NCBI GenBank assembly: GCA_001949185.1
Contig: BDGG01000014.1
Coordinates: 186,001-250,000, forward strand
Direction of reading: 5' to 3'
Source: Ramazzottius varieornatus
Taxonomy: Eukaryota > Animalia > Tardigrada
Length of the DNA stretch: 64,000 bases
Under the pieces are notes generated by a model. That model was not told where the DNA came from. It ran no database searches and saw nothing but the letters and a program-made list of their open reading frames with translations. Shown here piece by piece: positions 23,138 through 36,716 of the stretch (the first letter of the stretch is position 1; every line of letters starts with the position of its first letter). Made by a program: the position numbers and the translations under genes.

Positions 23138-24280
23138 TCAGTTATAAGATGACATGATGAGGCGAACTTCCGGTATTCTAAGTTGGGATGGCGTCGGGCT
23201 GAGGCAAAACATCTTTCGCAGAAAGATGACAAGCTCTCCTCGATAAAGACTCGACATACTGATAATCACAACCTAGAAACAAAGGTTGGTTGTGGGGTGG
23301 AACAAACACGGGTGCGTGTACACTGTAACAGGGCGAAATGGATTGCTTACTGGGTTTAATGCGTATCCGGTAATCAGGACCACTCTCAGCGCCAGCAACA
23401 AAAGTGGACGACGAATGTACTCGGGATACACGGCCGCCAAAACCGGTGAGAACATTGTACAGCTCCCGGTTACAATATACCCAATGAACAACATTCTTGC
23501 CACTCGCAAGCGCCGCACGAGCCTCTTCCTATGAGCAGTTACCAGGACTGGATTTCTTAGGCCATCTGAGGGAGCCACCTGGCCGTCGCAAAGGTGCCGG
23601 CGTATAAAAAACACTAAAAACATGACGAGGTATAGCGAACCTTCCAGGCCAATCGGTAAGTACGATGAAGCGGTAAGGAGGGCCACAATTTGTTCCCTGC
23701 GTCCGTTCGTTCGTAAAATGCAGCTTTTCCAGTCGTTGTTGGAATCAATGATGCCTCCTATACCCCATAGCGGCAGACTTTCGCATACAATAGCAAAGAT
23801 CCAGCACCAGGACAGCATGCAGATGATGGCCGCTTTTGAAGTGATCAGTTTGTAACGATGGGGAAAGGTGACAGCTACGAAGCGGTTGAATGCAATCGGC
23901 GCTGCGGACCAGTGTGTGGCCTGAATCAGGACATAGTACAGCCAGCCGGTGGCCCGGCACAGCGTAAGTGATGGCGGATAATATCGGGCCAGGAAGGTCT
24001 GAACAGAAAATATGGAGCTGCAGACAAACAAAAAAGTACCGGCGGTGATCAGAGCATGGGAGATGAGGATGCCAGCGCCCGCCAGTAACGTTCGCTGATG
24101 TATCAGGGTTGCCGCCAGAACGTAATTGAGTAGGCCACCCACAATTGTGATGGTCAAAGTGACGGCAAGCCACACGTTCAAGCCCACCCCGTAAACTTCG
24201 TGAACAGAGAAATTGGCATTGCCGCTGCTTTGTCCTAAAGACGTGTTGACAGAGAGGAAATACAGTAAATTCCTGCCCAT
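23138..24280 (-). CDS. Orphan rhodopsin-like GPCR; exons 24280-23351 and 23272-23138
   Basis: 7TM pattern; IAFNRFVAV; TM7 ALNP|gtaagc, then VVIISMSSLYRGEL...; same intron position as the GPCR at 8348-9733. Confidence 0.85.
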
Positions 24281-25407
24281 TTTGATAAAAAGGAATCATC
24301 GATTGGAGGAGGACAAAGTCTCTACCTTTTTGGCATGCAATAGGTCAAGGTGAAATGAGCTGCTTGTATCTTTCGTTTCATACATCTTTAGGATGGCCTA
24401 GTATGATTGCTCAGCCTTGCGTGCCGAACTCTTCCGGTTGTTGCTGCAAATTTTCCGACAGCTGGTCTCAACAAGATATGGGGGTAAAATCTACTTTATG
24501 GACCAGTACAAATCGTGGACCACGCCTTTTCGCAAGGGCGGTACGGAAGCATGTACTGTACGCACGCGACCGATTTCACTTTTCGATGCTTTTTAAGTTT
24601 GAATTTCCGTTTTGCAGTCTTTTCTGCCTGGCCCATAATTTCTCGTCATCCGTGTAGTGTATTCCCTCGAAGGATTTGCGTAATTACACGACACGTCTCT
24701 GAAATAATCCAAGGGGGTTACTGATTAAACCATGATCGGCCAGGACCAAGTTTAGGGCTCTTCATGCGACCATGCAGAGCTTTCGAGTTAATACTGTACG
24801 TTCAGCTTAATTCACCCCAAGCAGATGAACTGAGATCTGTCCGGAAATAGGCATAAAAGCCTCCAATCTGTGCATCCAATTAACCCCAATCACCAGCAAA
24901 TCATTAGTCGCGTGGTAATTACAGTAAGCTTGTCGCAGGCAACTTAATTTAGGTTAGTTAATTCCTGGCAATGGCTAATCTTCATCCTAACTGCCCGAAC
25001 TTTAAACGAAATCGGTGGAGCGCTGGTGAGGCTTGTTCATTTTTCCTTCTGCAGTACGAGGGAGGCGGCTTGAAAATATCAAGTCTTGATGTCGACTCCC
25101 ACAGCCTTACAACTAAATAAAAGAAGACTTGTTGTGACTCATTTGAACAAGGCAGAAGCGCAACAGAAGCAATGTGAGATATCCTCCGTGAAAGAAAACT
25201 GGGTCAGACGCAATGTTAAAAATAAAAAGCCTATCGGACGTACTGTATTCCCCCAACATCTTCGCAGAGCCTGTTACGCATGGCGCTACCTACAGAACGT
25301 ACGTCTTTTATGCATTCCCTTCTGTCCGCCATACGTTTCCTACGTTCCGCAGGTGGCGTCATAGGTGACACGCTTCGCGAAGATCTCGGGGGAATACTGT
25401 ACAGTAC

Positions 25408-25442
25408 TATTCATATTCATATTCATATTCATATTCATATTC
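25408..25442. repeat. (TATTCA)n microsatellite, ~6 units
   Basis: Seen directly in the sequence. Confidence 0.9.
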
Positions 25443-25876
25443 CAACAACGGCGACCTCATATCGCCGTTGGTGGAATATGTGGCCAGATGTTTGATAACA
25501 GAGAAATCAGCCAGACCGTGGTGGCCTTTGCGAAGTTACTGTATTACCTCCCAAAATTTGTGTATGTTAAAGCCGCCGCTTTCTTCAGGGAGCGAATCGC
25601 AGGCAAGCATACCTAACTACGTCAGATACTACGGCTTCGTCATTTTTCATTGGTTCTCCCAGATGGTTTGGTTTTCGCCGTTGATCTGGATCAAATATTA
25701 TTAACATATCGAAATGATAGGAACAGTTTGTTCTTCCTGTTAAGCACAAAAATCCCGTAACACAGCACTGGAAGCGAAACTAAGCAAAATGAAAACATCG
25801 AAAAGATCCTCGGAAAAACAAGAGGGCGGAACGGATGATTCATTCGGGATTTCGCCAACTAGGCAAGCAGCGACGA

Positions 25877-26431
25877 TAGACCTGGCAAGAGCGTGACTAA
25901 GTGTGGTGTGGCGGTTTTCGGTTTGGTGTTCTTTCACACCGGAACTAATTTTTCGGTGCGGACGCTGCACCAATTTTTTCAGTGTCATGAGAATCGGACA
26001 CCACACTTTTTTCCACACCACAGTGACTTTGCCACACCAAACCGAATAATCGAAATCTGTGTGTGGTAACCGCTAAGAAGTAAAATTTGGCGTTACAAAG
26101 ATGTACAAATTGAAAAAGAATGCTGTTAAAGCACACGCAGAAGCTAAACCTGACGTCAGCATCCATATATCTACTGATCCTGCAGGTTCTACCTGCATTG
26201 TTGGCCGATAGAGCGCACCATGATTCGCCTAAGCCCACAATCATCCTAGAAAGTGGTGCACTAGAATTTTTTCCGTTTGGTGTGATGTAGTGTCCTCGAA
26301 CACCGAAACCGAAAATTTTCTGTGAAACGTACACCACTTTTTTCGGTTTGGTGTTTCCCGCATACCAAAACCAAAAAGTGTGGTTTTTTCTCTCGGTGTG
26401 GTGTAGTGAAACTACACCAGTGCCAGGTCTA
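25877..26431. mobile_element. hAT-type MITE (555 bp)
   Basis: TAGACCTGGCA...TGCCAGGTCTA TIRs; perfect 8-bp TSD AGCGACGA; GGTGTGG/CACACC subterminal repeats. Confidence 0.9.
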
Positions 26432-26835
26432 AGCGACGAACTAGATTCCGCCGTTACTTCTCTTTTGCTGTATCTTCCCGAAGGATGAAATTGTCATCGC
26501 GGTGACCTGGCAGTACGAATAAGAAGGATGCTTATGCAGGTCCGAACGGTAAACAAATTCATCGCACTACTAATCCTTTTCCACTGCGCCACCTGGTATT
26601 GCAGACAGCGGGGAACATGCCCGGAGGTTTCCATGTGGCAAAACCGGTGAGAGGGAAGTGTTGTTTAAAGCACTCGCAAGTTCAGCCTCCAGAGAATAGT
26701 TATATTAGAGCCTTCCACTCAACGGTATTTGGTGTTTTGAGTGGTCGTTGTCGTATGTGGAAGACTAGATAAATTTCATTGATCAGTTAAGTTCTAATTT
26801 GATCATTTCCCCCATTTGGTACGTACCAGTCCAAG

Positions 26836-28886
26836 ATGTTCTCGTCACTGTTCCCGCTTCACAGCCGAATATTCGGTTTACTATTCCTCCCTTTTACGAA
26901 GGATCAGACGTCAGCACGGTTACACGGTATCTGTTTGAGGTACCTTTGTTTATTCTTTGTGGCATTCACTCTTTGCGGATCTGTCACGTCAGTTAGTTTT
27001 CAAATAGCGATGTTGTATTATCATGCTGTTTCTAAATCCTTCTCAAGACTGGTTCTGGAAGTTCTTTACCAGATGCCGTATCTTTGCGTCCATTTTCGAG
27101 GTCTCTTTGTACTTGTTCTGCTTTTGGTCAAGCGCCAAAAAGTCCAAACTCTACCGCACTTCGTCGATAAGTTCTGCTGCGGTGCGAAACTTCAGCTACC
27201 ACTGAAAAAAGATCAGAACCACATGTTCCACACATTCTCCCTGGTCATCACGACAGCGCTAGTATTGTCTTACATTGCGTATGATTATTATGACTGGATA
27301 TACTGGCTTCGAGTTGCCAACAAGCACTTGTTCGACACAGACGCCCTGGAACCACTTCCAATCAAAGTGACAGTCTTGCAGTACCTTGTACAGTGGTCGC
27401 TGTGGGTGGATTTCCCCCTTCACGTCTCACAGCTGATATTCGCTTGCATAATTACTTTGGCCTGGATAGTTTACAAGGCAGTGCAGAATCTCCATGTCGA
27501 GCTCAACGCTGCATGCGAACGAACCTCGCTGGTGGTTTCGGCGGCGGACTGCAACACATGGAGAAGAGAACACTTGAGAATTTTGGTTTTTGTGGAGGAG
27601 ATCAAGAGCTGCTTTGGCGAGATATTGGTCATCTTGTATCTTTGTGACCTTGGCACCCTAGCGGGGCTAGTGGCTCAAGTACTGAACAATCATGCAGAAT
27701 CCGGCATATACTTCTCTGTGCCACTTGTGTTGGGAAACGCTCTGCTGTTTGCGTCTTACCAAACGGTGTTTGCCGTCCCGTTAGTGATGGCTTACGAGGA
27801 GGTAAATCGAAGGCCGATGCTTTAACGGTATTTCAGAGCAACGGTACGAAGAAGATGACGTCGCGTAATTCGGGCAGAGCGATTTTCCAGACGCGACTGC
27901 GGGTAGGTTTTTGCCTCAGTATATGTTGCGCCAACCTCGCCACTCAGAATTTCGGATAACGAACAAAGCTGGCTCTTGAAGCTTACAACAGCGTTGAGGG
28001 TGGTAAAAAGTAAGAAGTGAGAGAAGCTTCGACGGCAAGACGGCGGTACACAACGCCGGAGAACATGATGAAGCTGTGCCAACCAGGCGCACGTTGAGTG
28101 ATCAAGGTATCAAGGTAGCGTTGGTTACCTTATTGAAACCTTCGGTATTACCGCAAAAACGCACGCGCCTGGCCTAAATATGGGGATGGACAAAAATGTG
28201 GGGAACGGAGCGAAAGCGACTCTGCTTCGATCGATTTAGTTGATTGGTCAACCTCAGCTGGCCCGTGTCGNNNNNNNNNNNNNNNNNNNNNNNNNNNNNN
28301 NNNNNNNNNNNNNNNNNNNNCCCCACATTTAGGCCAGGCACGTGTACGGGACATTGCTTTGCCTGAAATATACTGTGCCGTCTTCCTCGTAACCCAAACG
28401 GTAGTTTACCCACTACCATCTTGTTTTTATAGGGTGAAAAGTTGGCTCTAGCAGTAACAAAGATTGCAAGCTCCGTTTATGATTCTGGCGGAAAATGTGG
28501 AACGTTGACAAGAAATGGCGGCGATAGTATGCGTACCTGTAAGGTCATAGAAAGCTTAGCCAGTTTTGAGACTAGCATCAGGCACAACCCATATTTGTTT
28601 GACGGGCTGAAACTCGTCAACTATACGCGCGGCTTTCTGCTGTCGGTAAGCGAAGTTTCTTTTGGACTTCAGTTTCATTCGCTCATCGGACTCTATGCCT
28701 TTCGGAGCATTCCAAAAGTGTTATATGCTGCGAAACAATCGCCTTTTGCAGGGTTTGTTGACAGCCTGTGGCTTTGCCATTGTGGTGAATGAAGTTCTGG
28801 ATGGAAACGTCATCGCACAAGACAAATTGTTCCGGATGAATCAGACGATTTTAAACCTAACAACTGGTGCTCTAAATACTAGCTAG
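26836..28886 (+). CDS. Gustatory receptor-like (7tm_7/Gr superfamily) gene
   Basis: Long multi-TM first exon (..IKSCFGEILVILYLCD..AYEE|), then FDGLKLVNYTRGFLLS| and a short last exon; phase-0 C-terminal introns typical of Gr genes. Confidence 0.75.
28162..28344. mobile_element. Palindromic TA-MITE (inverted copy of 32525-32688) spanning the 50-N gap
   Basis: CACGCGCCTGGCCTAAAT...ATTTAGGCCAGGCACGTG. Confidence 0.85.
28271..28320. other. Assembly gap (50 N)
   Basis: Run of N. Confidence 1.
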
Positions 28887-31800
28887 CGGTTCTGACCACT
28901 GGGAAGGCCGAGCAGAAGCAAAGAAGCACAAGTTTTGCGAGTAAAAACTGTTGCTGCTCAGATCAAGTTCCGCACTTGTTCTCAGTACAGAGGATGCGAT
29001 ATCTGAAAGCTCGAACAATCTGATCGTCCACTGAAATCTCGACAGACTTAAAAGGGCCTCGCTTCGCTCGGCCTGACTAGCTATGGAGATCGGTTGGACT
29101 CGATTCGAATATTTTCCCTTGTAAGCTCAGACCTGTGTCATTAGAGGTTTCACTCCTGCACAAACAAGTATCAATGTACATCCCAAGGGGCTTTACTCAC
29201 AGTTCCATTCGAAAGCACGATGTTCATCGTCCTACGGTATCGACAGTTCGCAACAGATCAGTTACAATCTACTCTGTTACAGCCGAAGCATACCTGTACA
29301 ATACTGAAGCATCAAACGACAGCCCCGAGTACCTTCCGTGGGCATGTTGGAGTTAAAGTAGCAGAAAAGAAACCAAGCCTATGTGATTTCCCAGGACTGT
29401 TTATACGAGACGGAGTATATGGGACCGCGATGGCTTCAAATTTCCAGCCTTCGACTGATCCCGCGGGTTTTTTTGCAGTCTCGAAATTTCCAGTCTCGAA
29501 GAACTTGGTCCGGACTCTGGGGCATTCGTCTGAATGCGTGCCGAACGCTCTTTCGGTCAAGCGCAGCCTGGCCGGATACTGTGTGACGACGTTTCGCTGT
29601 CGAAGAATGCCATAGTATGTTTTTCCTGTTCCCGTCGCTGTTTTTGGAATATTGTTCGCCCCGTTCGGACGGGGCAAAGACGATAAACCAGCAAAGGGTT
29701 TCCGAAGAAATTGTCTGCCACTTTTCTGTTGTGCCGCCTTTACCGCGACGCTTTGCGGTTCGATAATTACAACGGGTTTCTAAGTATCAATTGTTTATTA
29801 CCATGCAGCTTCAGGATCCTCACTTCGGATAATTCTGGAAATTCTGAAGCGAATGATGTCTGTTGCGGAGCATGTTCGAGGCTTCTTTGTTATCGTACTG
29901 CTTATTATCAAGCAAGTAAAGATTGTCGCATTGTTAGTCAGCTGACGACTTCTATGATAGAGCCGCACTATTTGTTCGGAACCGAGACGTCAAAAAATTA
30001 AAAGCAAGGTGATAAGAAGGACTAATGGACGTGTTGGTGTTAGTTCTTCCATGCGAGTGGAGGTATCGTGATGCACTGTAACTTGGAGACCCGAACAGTT
30101 CTGACAAGTCTGAAGTTCTGGTTCAGCTTTTTCATTTTTGTACAGTTACTGCTGAATATGTTGCAGTGTGCAGTTGTGTAGTATTTTGATACGAGGGCCT
30201 CTTCTGCAGTGCCTTTCCATGTTGCTGAATGCTGAGTTCGGCGAAAAGTCAAGACTTGTCGCACGATAGCTTTTGATTTCGTTTCTGGTGTTTCTCAGTG
30301 TTACCGTTTGGTAAAGTTAGTGTGGTCGAACTATTTTTAGTCACATTGACAGATGATGACCGCACGCGCTCAAGTCTTTGCCTGTGTGATCCTCGAAAGG
30401 TGATGTTCTCAATCAGCTTAAGCATGCTCCTGGTGCAGCGGAAGTTTTAATAATAAGTTTAATTTAAGTTTCAACAATCGCCCAAGGTAGCAAAGGTCTG
30501 GAAGAAAAGGGTTTTAGAGTGCCGGTTTATGGAATGGTTTTTCGGTGCTACACTAGTGTTTATCGAAGCAGGGCACAGCGAAGCAGTGCATCCCCAAAGC
30601 AAGTGGTTCGAGGTTGCTTGGAGTACCACGTAAACGAAAATGCGAATTTATACCGTTACGCCCAAGAAACTGATCAGTACATCAACGACCCCGAATATCT
30701 TTTCGTCTCCAATGCCTGCGATACTCATGAACGGGATACCCTAGAGGAAAAGTCTAGGCGAACATCGGTAGCACCGAAATCAGCAGCACCATCTACCGCA
30801 ACAGCTTGTCAATCCAGAATGTCTGAGCCACCTTCAAAGAAGCTCGCAATCAGTTCTGCCCAGTCGATGGCTTGTGTTGAGCCAGTCTTCATGGTGATCG
30901 ACGAAGGCGCAACGTCGCCAGCGCCCCAGGTTGGTACATGCGGTGTTTGTTTCGTATCGAACAGGAATGAATATCTCGCGGTGTTTCAGTTTGCATAAGC
31001 AGAATGTCTGACCTGGATGTCCTTTTGCAGTCAGACGGAAGGCAGGGGCTGAAAACTAGGCCGATAGTGGGAGACGTTCTTAAGACATCTGACATGTCAG
31101 GCTACGGAATGTACTGGTGCAAAGAGCGGTAGAAACGGAAAGCAAAAGATTTTGATTCGTAGACATGGGGAAGACAGTGACATGGCATCACATCAGCTGG
31201 TAGCCGTATAAATAGATCTTCTGTTTTTCGACCTATGCAGGTGGAAGCATGCTCACCTCTTGAAGTAAGAACGGATTTATCGATAACGTAATACACTGCT
31301 CTTCTTCTTTTACACCACCGATAGCAGCTTCAAGTGTAACGCATCCTTTAGTTTCGAAAGATTGATGTCCGGATTCCCTAGCAACTAATTTTCCCGTTGG
31401 CGTCTAGTATCATGGTACAACTAGGAAAACAAAGAGATATGGCTGCTTTCTTTCAAAATTTTGTAATATTTTTCTTCGGTTAATCATGCGTATAACGAAC
31501 GGCGGACGCCATGACTATTACTTAGGGACGTAACCGTGCCTGCTAATGTACTATCTTGGCCTCATGATATACTTCAACATAAACCTTCCGCTATGGGCAT
31601 GCCTTTTTGTTCTTTTTATTGCTCTGTCGGGAGGTGGGATCAGATCTTGATTAGTATCTTTGTTTTCATGGGAAGATTGAAGACCAATGTTTGTAACAAG
31701 TTTGCCGGTCTTCATAGGAACGGCGGTCGACAACAGCAATGTTCAAACCAAAAGTTTTCGCACCGAACAAATAAGGGATATGAAGGTAACACAGACAGTA

Positions 31801-32524
31801 ATCTAAGCATCGAAAGGTCGGAACAGACCTAACATTCCGCACAGGTTGCATCACTATCACACGGTATAATGTATCCCTTCCAAGGTTCTGCGTAGTAAGC
31901 CATCATGCAAGTGAATTACACCAGTATTAATTTCGCTGTACAACAGTCTGATTACTTGATTATCGCCCATTGGGTCCCCACTTGCTGCACATTGTTTTGT
32001 TAACTCATGACCGGAAGCAGATCTGTCAAATGTCTTGTCGTAATGAATCCCAGCACTCATACTTGCTCTGTGGAGGAGGCAAAGCGTCATGTCATTCTCT
32101 GGGAAGGGTGGGGAGGGAAGCGTTCGGATTTATGCCCAAGACGTCCAGATTCCTGAATCGACATTGTGTTTTTGGAAGTACGACTGCTTCAAGTGCTTAG
32201 AAACACGAGTGTTCCTTCAACACTTTGGTCATTCGCAGTAACTTTCGAGTAGTTTCGGCTCGGTGGAAGATTCACAGGGCAATAAACCGTTTCTCTGTAT
32301 GGTAATTGATTGGCGAGTGTTCTGATTGAGGACGCCGATAATTTTCTATCCCCGCCAGGTGATGTTTATGGGTCTGTCGCGTGACTGCGCAGAACCTTGG
32401 ATGGAATACAGTACTTAGTGCCATAGCATGTTCCTTAGAACCAGCTCGCTGGGCAATGATGCAACAACCAAACATTGCATAGCTCGAAGTCATCCCCTTT
32501 GTTCTATCGGCTTTATGCTTTGTA

Positions 32525-32688
32525 CACGTGCCTGGCCTAAATGTGGGGATGGACAAAAATATGGGGAACGGAGCGGAAGCGACACGGGCCAGCTCTGGTT
32601 GACCAATCAACTAAATCGATCGAAGCAGAGTCGCTTTCGCTCCGTTCCCCACATTTTTGTCCATCCCCACATTTAGGCCAGGCGCGTG
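32525..32688. mobile_element. Palindromic TA-flanked MITE (164 bp, ~58-bp arms)
   Basis: TA|CACGTGCCTGGCCTAAATGTGGGGATGGACAAAAAT...ATTTTTGTCCATCCCCACATTTAGGCCAGGCGCGTG|TA. Confidence 0.9.
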
Positions 32689-33457
32689 TACGGAAGCAAC
32701 GACAACTTTAATTTGTCTACTCAATGTCATTGTCCAAAACTGCAAAACTGAGGTGAGAGCTTATACTAATTTATTGCTTCCTCAGATTACGGGAATCAGC
32801 AGGAACTACAGTACACTCATTGTGCTCGGGGTTTTGGGAGCGTTCGGTGTGCTGTTTGCTGTGTACTTTGTGCAGGTGGAGAAAACGAAAGAAGAAGCAA
32901 TTGGCTGACGGACAACTTCGCAATAACCGTGACGTGTTGGCTTCAAACACATTGAAGTAGTTCCGCTCGCCGAAACACTCAAGGTTGAGTCACCGAACGT
33001 AAACAACGATTTTCTTCGTGGCAGAAGAATACCTTGCACCCGGATTACCGTTGGTCACTTTTCAACCGAGTCTTCGACGAATTTCAAGCACATTCCGCAA
33101 AAGAATTCTTGTCCGCGTCGCTCAGGACACGCCTTAGTATCGTATCGCATGTTTCAACTTCGGTTAGAAGCTATTGTTAAATGCTGTGAGAAATAGCTGC
33201 TTCGTTCGCTGCGTACCCGTGCCTTGGTGTTCGGTGAAACGACTGCCATCTCAACGACATATTCCGAGATTATGCGAGAGTACAATAACGGTGCGCTTCA
33301 AGTCCAGCGTTTGATGCTCATAATCGGAGCCTCATTTACCGTTGACACCAGGTTCGGTTCCTTTACGACAGTACTGCCGATCGAAACTACCAACGCTCTC
33401 ATCAAGTCGCTGCAATCTTCTGGAGATGTTTTAACAGCAAGAGTCTGAAGTTTTCTC

Positions 33458-34979
33458 TTACGGCCCGCTGATGAACTCTCTGACGATCAAGGTAACCGAC
33501 AGCACCAAAGTTGTGATCTGGAATATAAAACAATTGCATACAGACAGACGTCACTGTAGCTCGTCGCAATCCTTCAGCCGTTGGGGTCACCTTGAGCTGG
33601 ATACTTACTCCCACGAGAAATCCCCTGGTGTAATAGATCAGCTTCGCACCATTAAACATGCAAACATAGCATCGGCAAACTCGCTCCAGTTCCTCCATCG
33701 ACTCCACCACTTCAGCTTCCTGCAAATTAAGTCTGTTGCCGTGGGGCCGTAGCGGTTGCAGAAAAACATATTAAACTCACAAAACAGGTTACACAGCTGG
33801 GATGTGTACGTTGCCAAAGCTACTTACTTCGGCTGTATTGGTTCGACCATCTGTGGACACTTTTAGACGGTACGCCATGAAGCCCAGGCTCCCACTCTGG
33901 AACAGGAATCAATTGTTGGTCTGATGCAACATTTATGCTTGCCTTTACTCAACATAAGCAAGTGATGGACAGGAACAACTTACATTTTCGTATGCGCAGA
34001 CAAGCGGTATGGGAATCAGTGCGCCATAAGAAGCAAAGACAATGCAATTAAAAACCAGTCTGAGATAAGTGGTAATCGGTTCGCCCGAGGAGATTTTCGT
34101 AAAACTGCTGGTGTAGCCAAGAAGGGTCAGAAAATCTAACCAATAAATGAAAAACAAAATCAGACTGAAACAGTCGTTTATCAGGCCACAGAATCTCAAC
34201 ATCGCCATTTGTTTCGCTCGCCATATTTTGACTTCCATCTCAGTAATGATGTCACTTTCCGTTGTCTCACAAACACGGACTGTGGCCGCTTTCAAGTCAT
34301 GCTTGAGATCTTTGATGGCCCGATTCAGTAACGTGGCGAGCAGAACCGGGTATAAGTAGGCTTGCTGGGACAAGACGAACGGGATGTTACTAAAAAGCAC
34401 CCAGATGACCAAACTGTGCCAGGCTTTTTGGCTTCGCCAAGTGCTACTGTCTAAATCATCCGTCAAGATATCAATATCTCCGTAATAAGTGATATCGTCC
34501 AGGGTGTCGTAGACAGCATGAACGACAATTGTCACGATGCACGACGCCGTGGACCAGCGTGCGAGACTTTTCAAGACAGTTCGACGATATGAAACTGTCG
34601 GAAAACATATGGCTAGAAATCGGTCGATCTCTAAGCACAGGTTCGACAATTCGTTTCGTTTCATAAGAAGTAGAGACAATATAATTAGTCCACGAGTGCT
34701 GATTGTGACATAAGGGATAACGCTGAGTACATGCAAGATACCATTTGAAGACCCAGCGGAGGAAACGTTGGCTGGAGGGATAACCGTGTCCACTAGAGTC
34801 ATCAAATGCACGACACAAGAAAAAGCGGTACCGAGTAGGAATAATATTGCAATGGATATCTGGAGCAATGTTATGCCCCCACTCCGGACATGGTTTTCTC
34901 GTTCCGAGACATCATTACGAAAAGGAAAGAAGCCCGTCCACTGCAGCAATCTTGTTTGAAAACTCAACATTTTCGACAC
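33458..34979 (-). CDS. Gustatory receptor-like gene 2 (4 exons)
   Basis: LLQWTGFFPF N-terminus; INDCFSLILFFIYWLD; AYEN|; FNGAKLIYYTRGFLVG|ITTLVLSVTLIVREFISGP*; paralogous to 26836-28886. Confidence 0.78.
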
Positions 34980-35639
34980 AATGATACTGTAAGCTTACCG
35001 ACAAAACCGACGGAGTGGTGAAATTCAGAAACCAGTTGTTCATCTTTAGCACACATAGTAGCTTCGTGAACTTAGGAGGGCAGCTGTGCCAGTCACCGAA
35101 GCAGTGCGGCATTTGTATTTATGCGTGCAACATGGCATTTTGAATGGGAAGTTGGCTGCAGATTCTTGGAAGTGTGGAAGGTGTGATAAGGTATGGCGAA
35201 CGGTACAACGGGTACCGCTCCTCCCATAATCCCATTACATATGATACGAGCGGTACTGTAAGTCTGTAATGCTTGGGAAGACTAACGTCATTACACGAAA
35301 CGTCCCTCAGGGAGTTGGTAGGAAAAATGGTCAATAAGAGACCCCAACTTGGTTAGTACGATTGTGCTCAGGATGCGGGGAAGATGATGAGCGAACTCAT
35401 TACTGATAAAGCCGAGTTTTTATCATTGACGACAGTTCACATTGTTTACAGTACTATCAGCAGACATCTGCTTGCTGGGGTGCGTCTACATTCATTTGTA
35501 TACACAATAAACGGTGAAGAAACTGGCGTCGTTGTTTGATCCATCTACCGAACCCTTCAGGTGTCCACTGGCTATGTCGGCTACCTTGGTGGCCAGAGAG
35601 CAACTGAATAGGCAGTGGTAGCGTGGTGCGGTGATGCTA

Positions 35640-36395
35640 CACCCGTATCGCGCCAACTTGCTACCACCTATCACATCAAGTTTTTCTCGACGCGATTGTT
35701 GCTCGACTTTTAGGTCAATTTTCCTAGATTCCTAGAATTTTAAAGAGGGACCAAACAGGAGTTTGGTCCCTCTTTAAAATTTGCTGCTCGAAAACCTGCT
35801 TACAGAAAGTGGGAATCAAAATTAAACTAGGGGAGGTGCGAAGTGAATATCACATCAACTTTCGCAAATTTTCGGCCCTTTTCGGAAATTATTCTTTCAG
35901 TTCTCTGCAGTCGTCCTGCAGTTGAGTTGCTGGAAATGAATAGAAATGACGCTCACTTACAGGAAAGTGGGTGGAGAACATGAGCCTGATGTTTTGGAAA
36001 AGGTCTAGAAATTTTTCCACCAGAGGAAGTTTCCCGATAAAATGTAAAAGTTTGACGGTTTTAATTCTGTTGTCGAGTTAGCTCGGAGCTTTCCTGTTTT
36101 CTCCATTTTCTGACCACCAACGCGGGTTTGAGTTTTTTTACGTCAGGTTGGGGATAAAGACTCCCATCCGGAATTTTTGCAGACAGCGTTTTACCTGCTG
36201 CGGTATGTCTTCCTCACCGGAAGTCATACTGCTCAACTTTTCGAACTATTTCCCATTACAATAAGAAGTCTTATGGCTCAGTCAAAGCAGCTTTAAAAGC
36301 TGCACGGAACGTGTGGTAGCATGAATGCAAGGGTCGTACTCTGAATTTTTCCTCGCCGAAATGCCAGGTGATAGCAAGTTGGTGCACTCAGGGTG
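35640..36395. mobile_element. Non-autonomous Tc1/mariner-like element (756 bp) with an internal perfect hairpin
   Basis: TA|CACCC..CCAACTTGCTACCACCT / AGGTGATAGCAAGTTGG..GGGTG|TA. Confidence 0.7.
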
Positions 36396-36716
36396 TATAA
36401 TACGAGTCACCGTGACGAGTTCAAATTCGCGGTAATCGATGGGAAAATCTGTTGGGATAATTATATCTATATGATTCTATCGACTAAAAAATTAGCATAC
36501 GAAATGTGCATGCATTAACAGTTGATAAAAAACGTGAGCTCTCGACAACGGAGCAGGATAAAAAACAAGCCAGCAGCGGGAACATACGATGTGAGCACAT
36601 GTTTGAGAAACTCTGAGAAAATATCCTGCTCTACCAAATAATATTTACAGATAGATTCCACAATACTGTGGCTTTATTCGTTGCTATAATCTCGTGAAAA
36701 AGGAAAGAGCTGTGAA

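Noticed and set aside
30519-30998. 159-aa ORF ending in CGVC (RING-like start)
   Set aside because: No remaining RING ligands or supportable exon structure; possibly a decayed fragment
32785-33448. TM-containing ORF pieces on the + strand
   Set aside because: Interrupted by stops; no recognisable family
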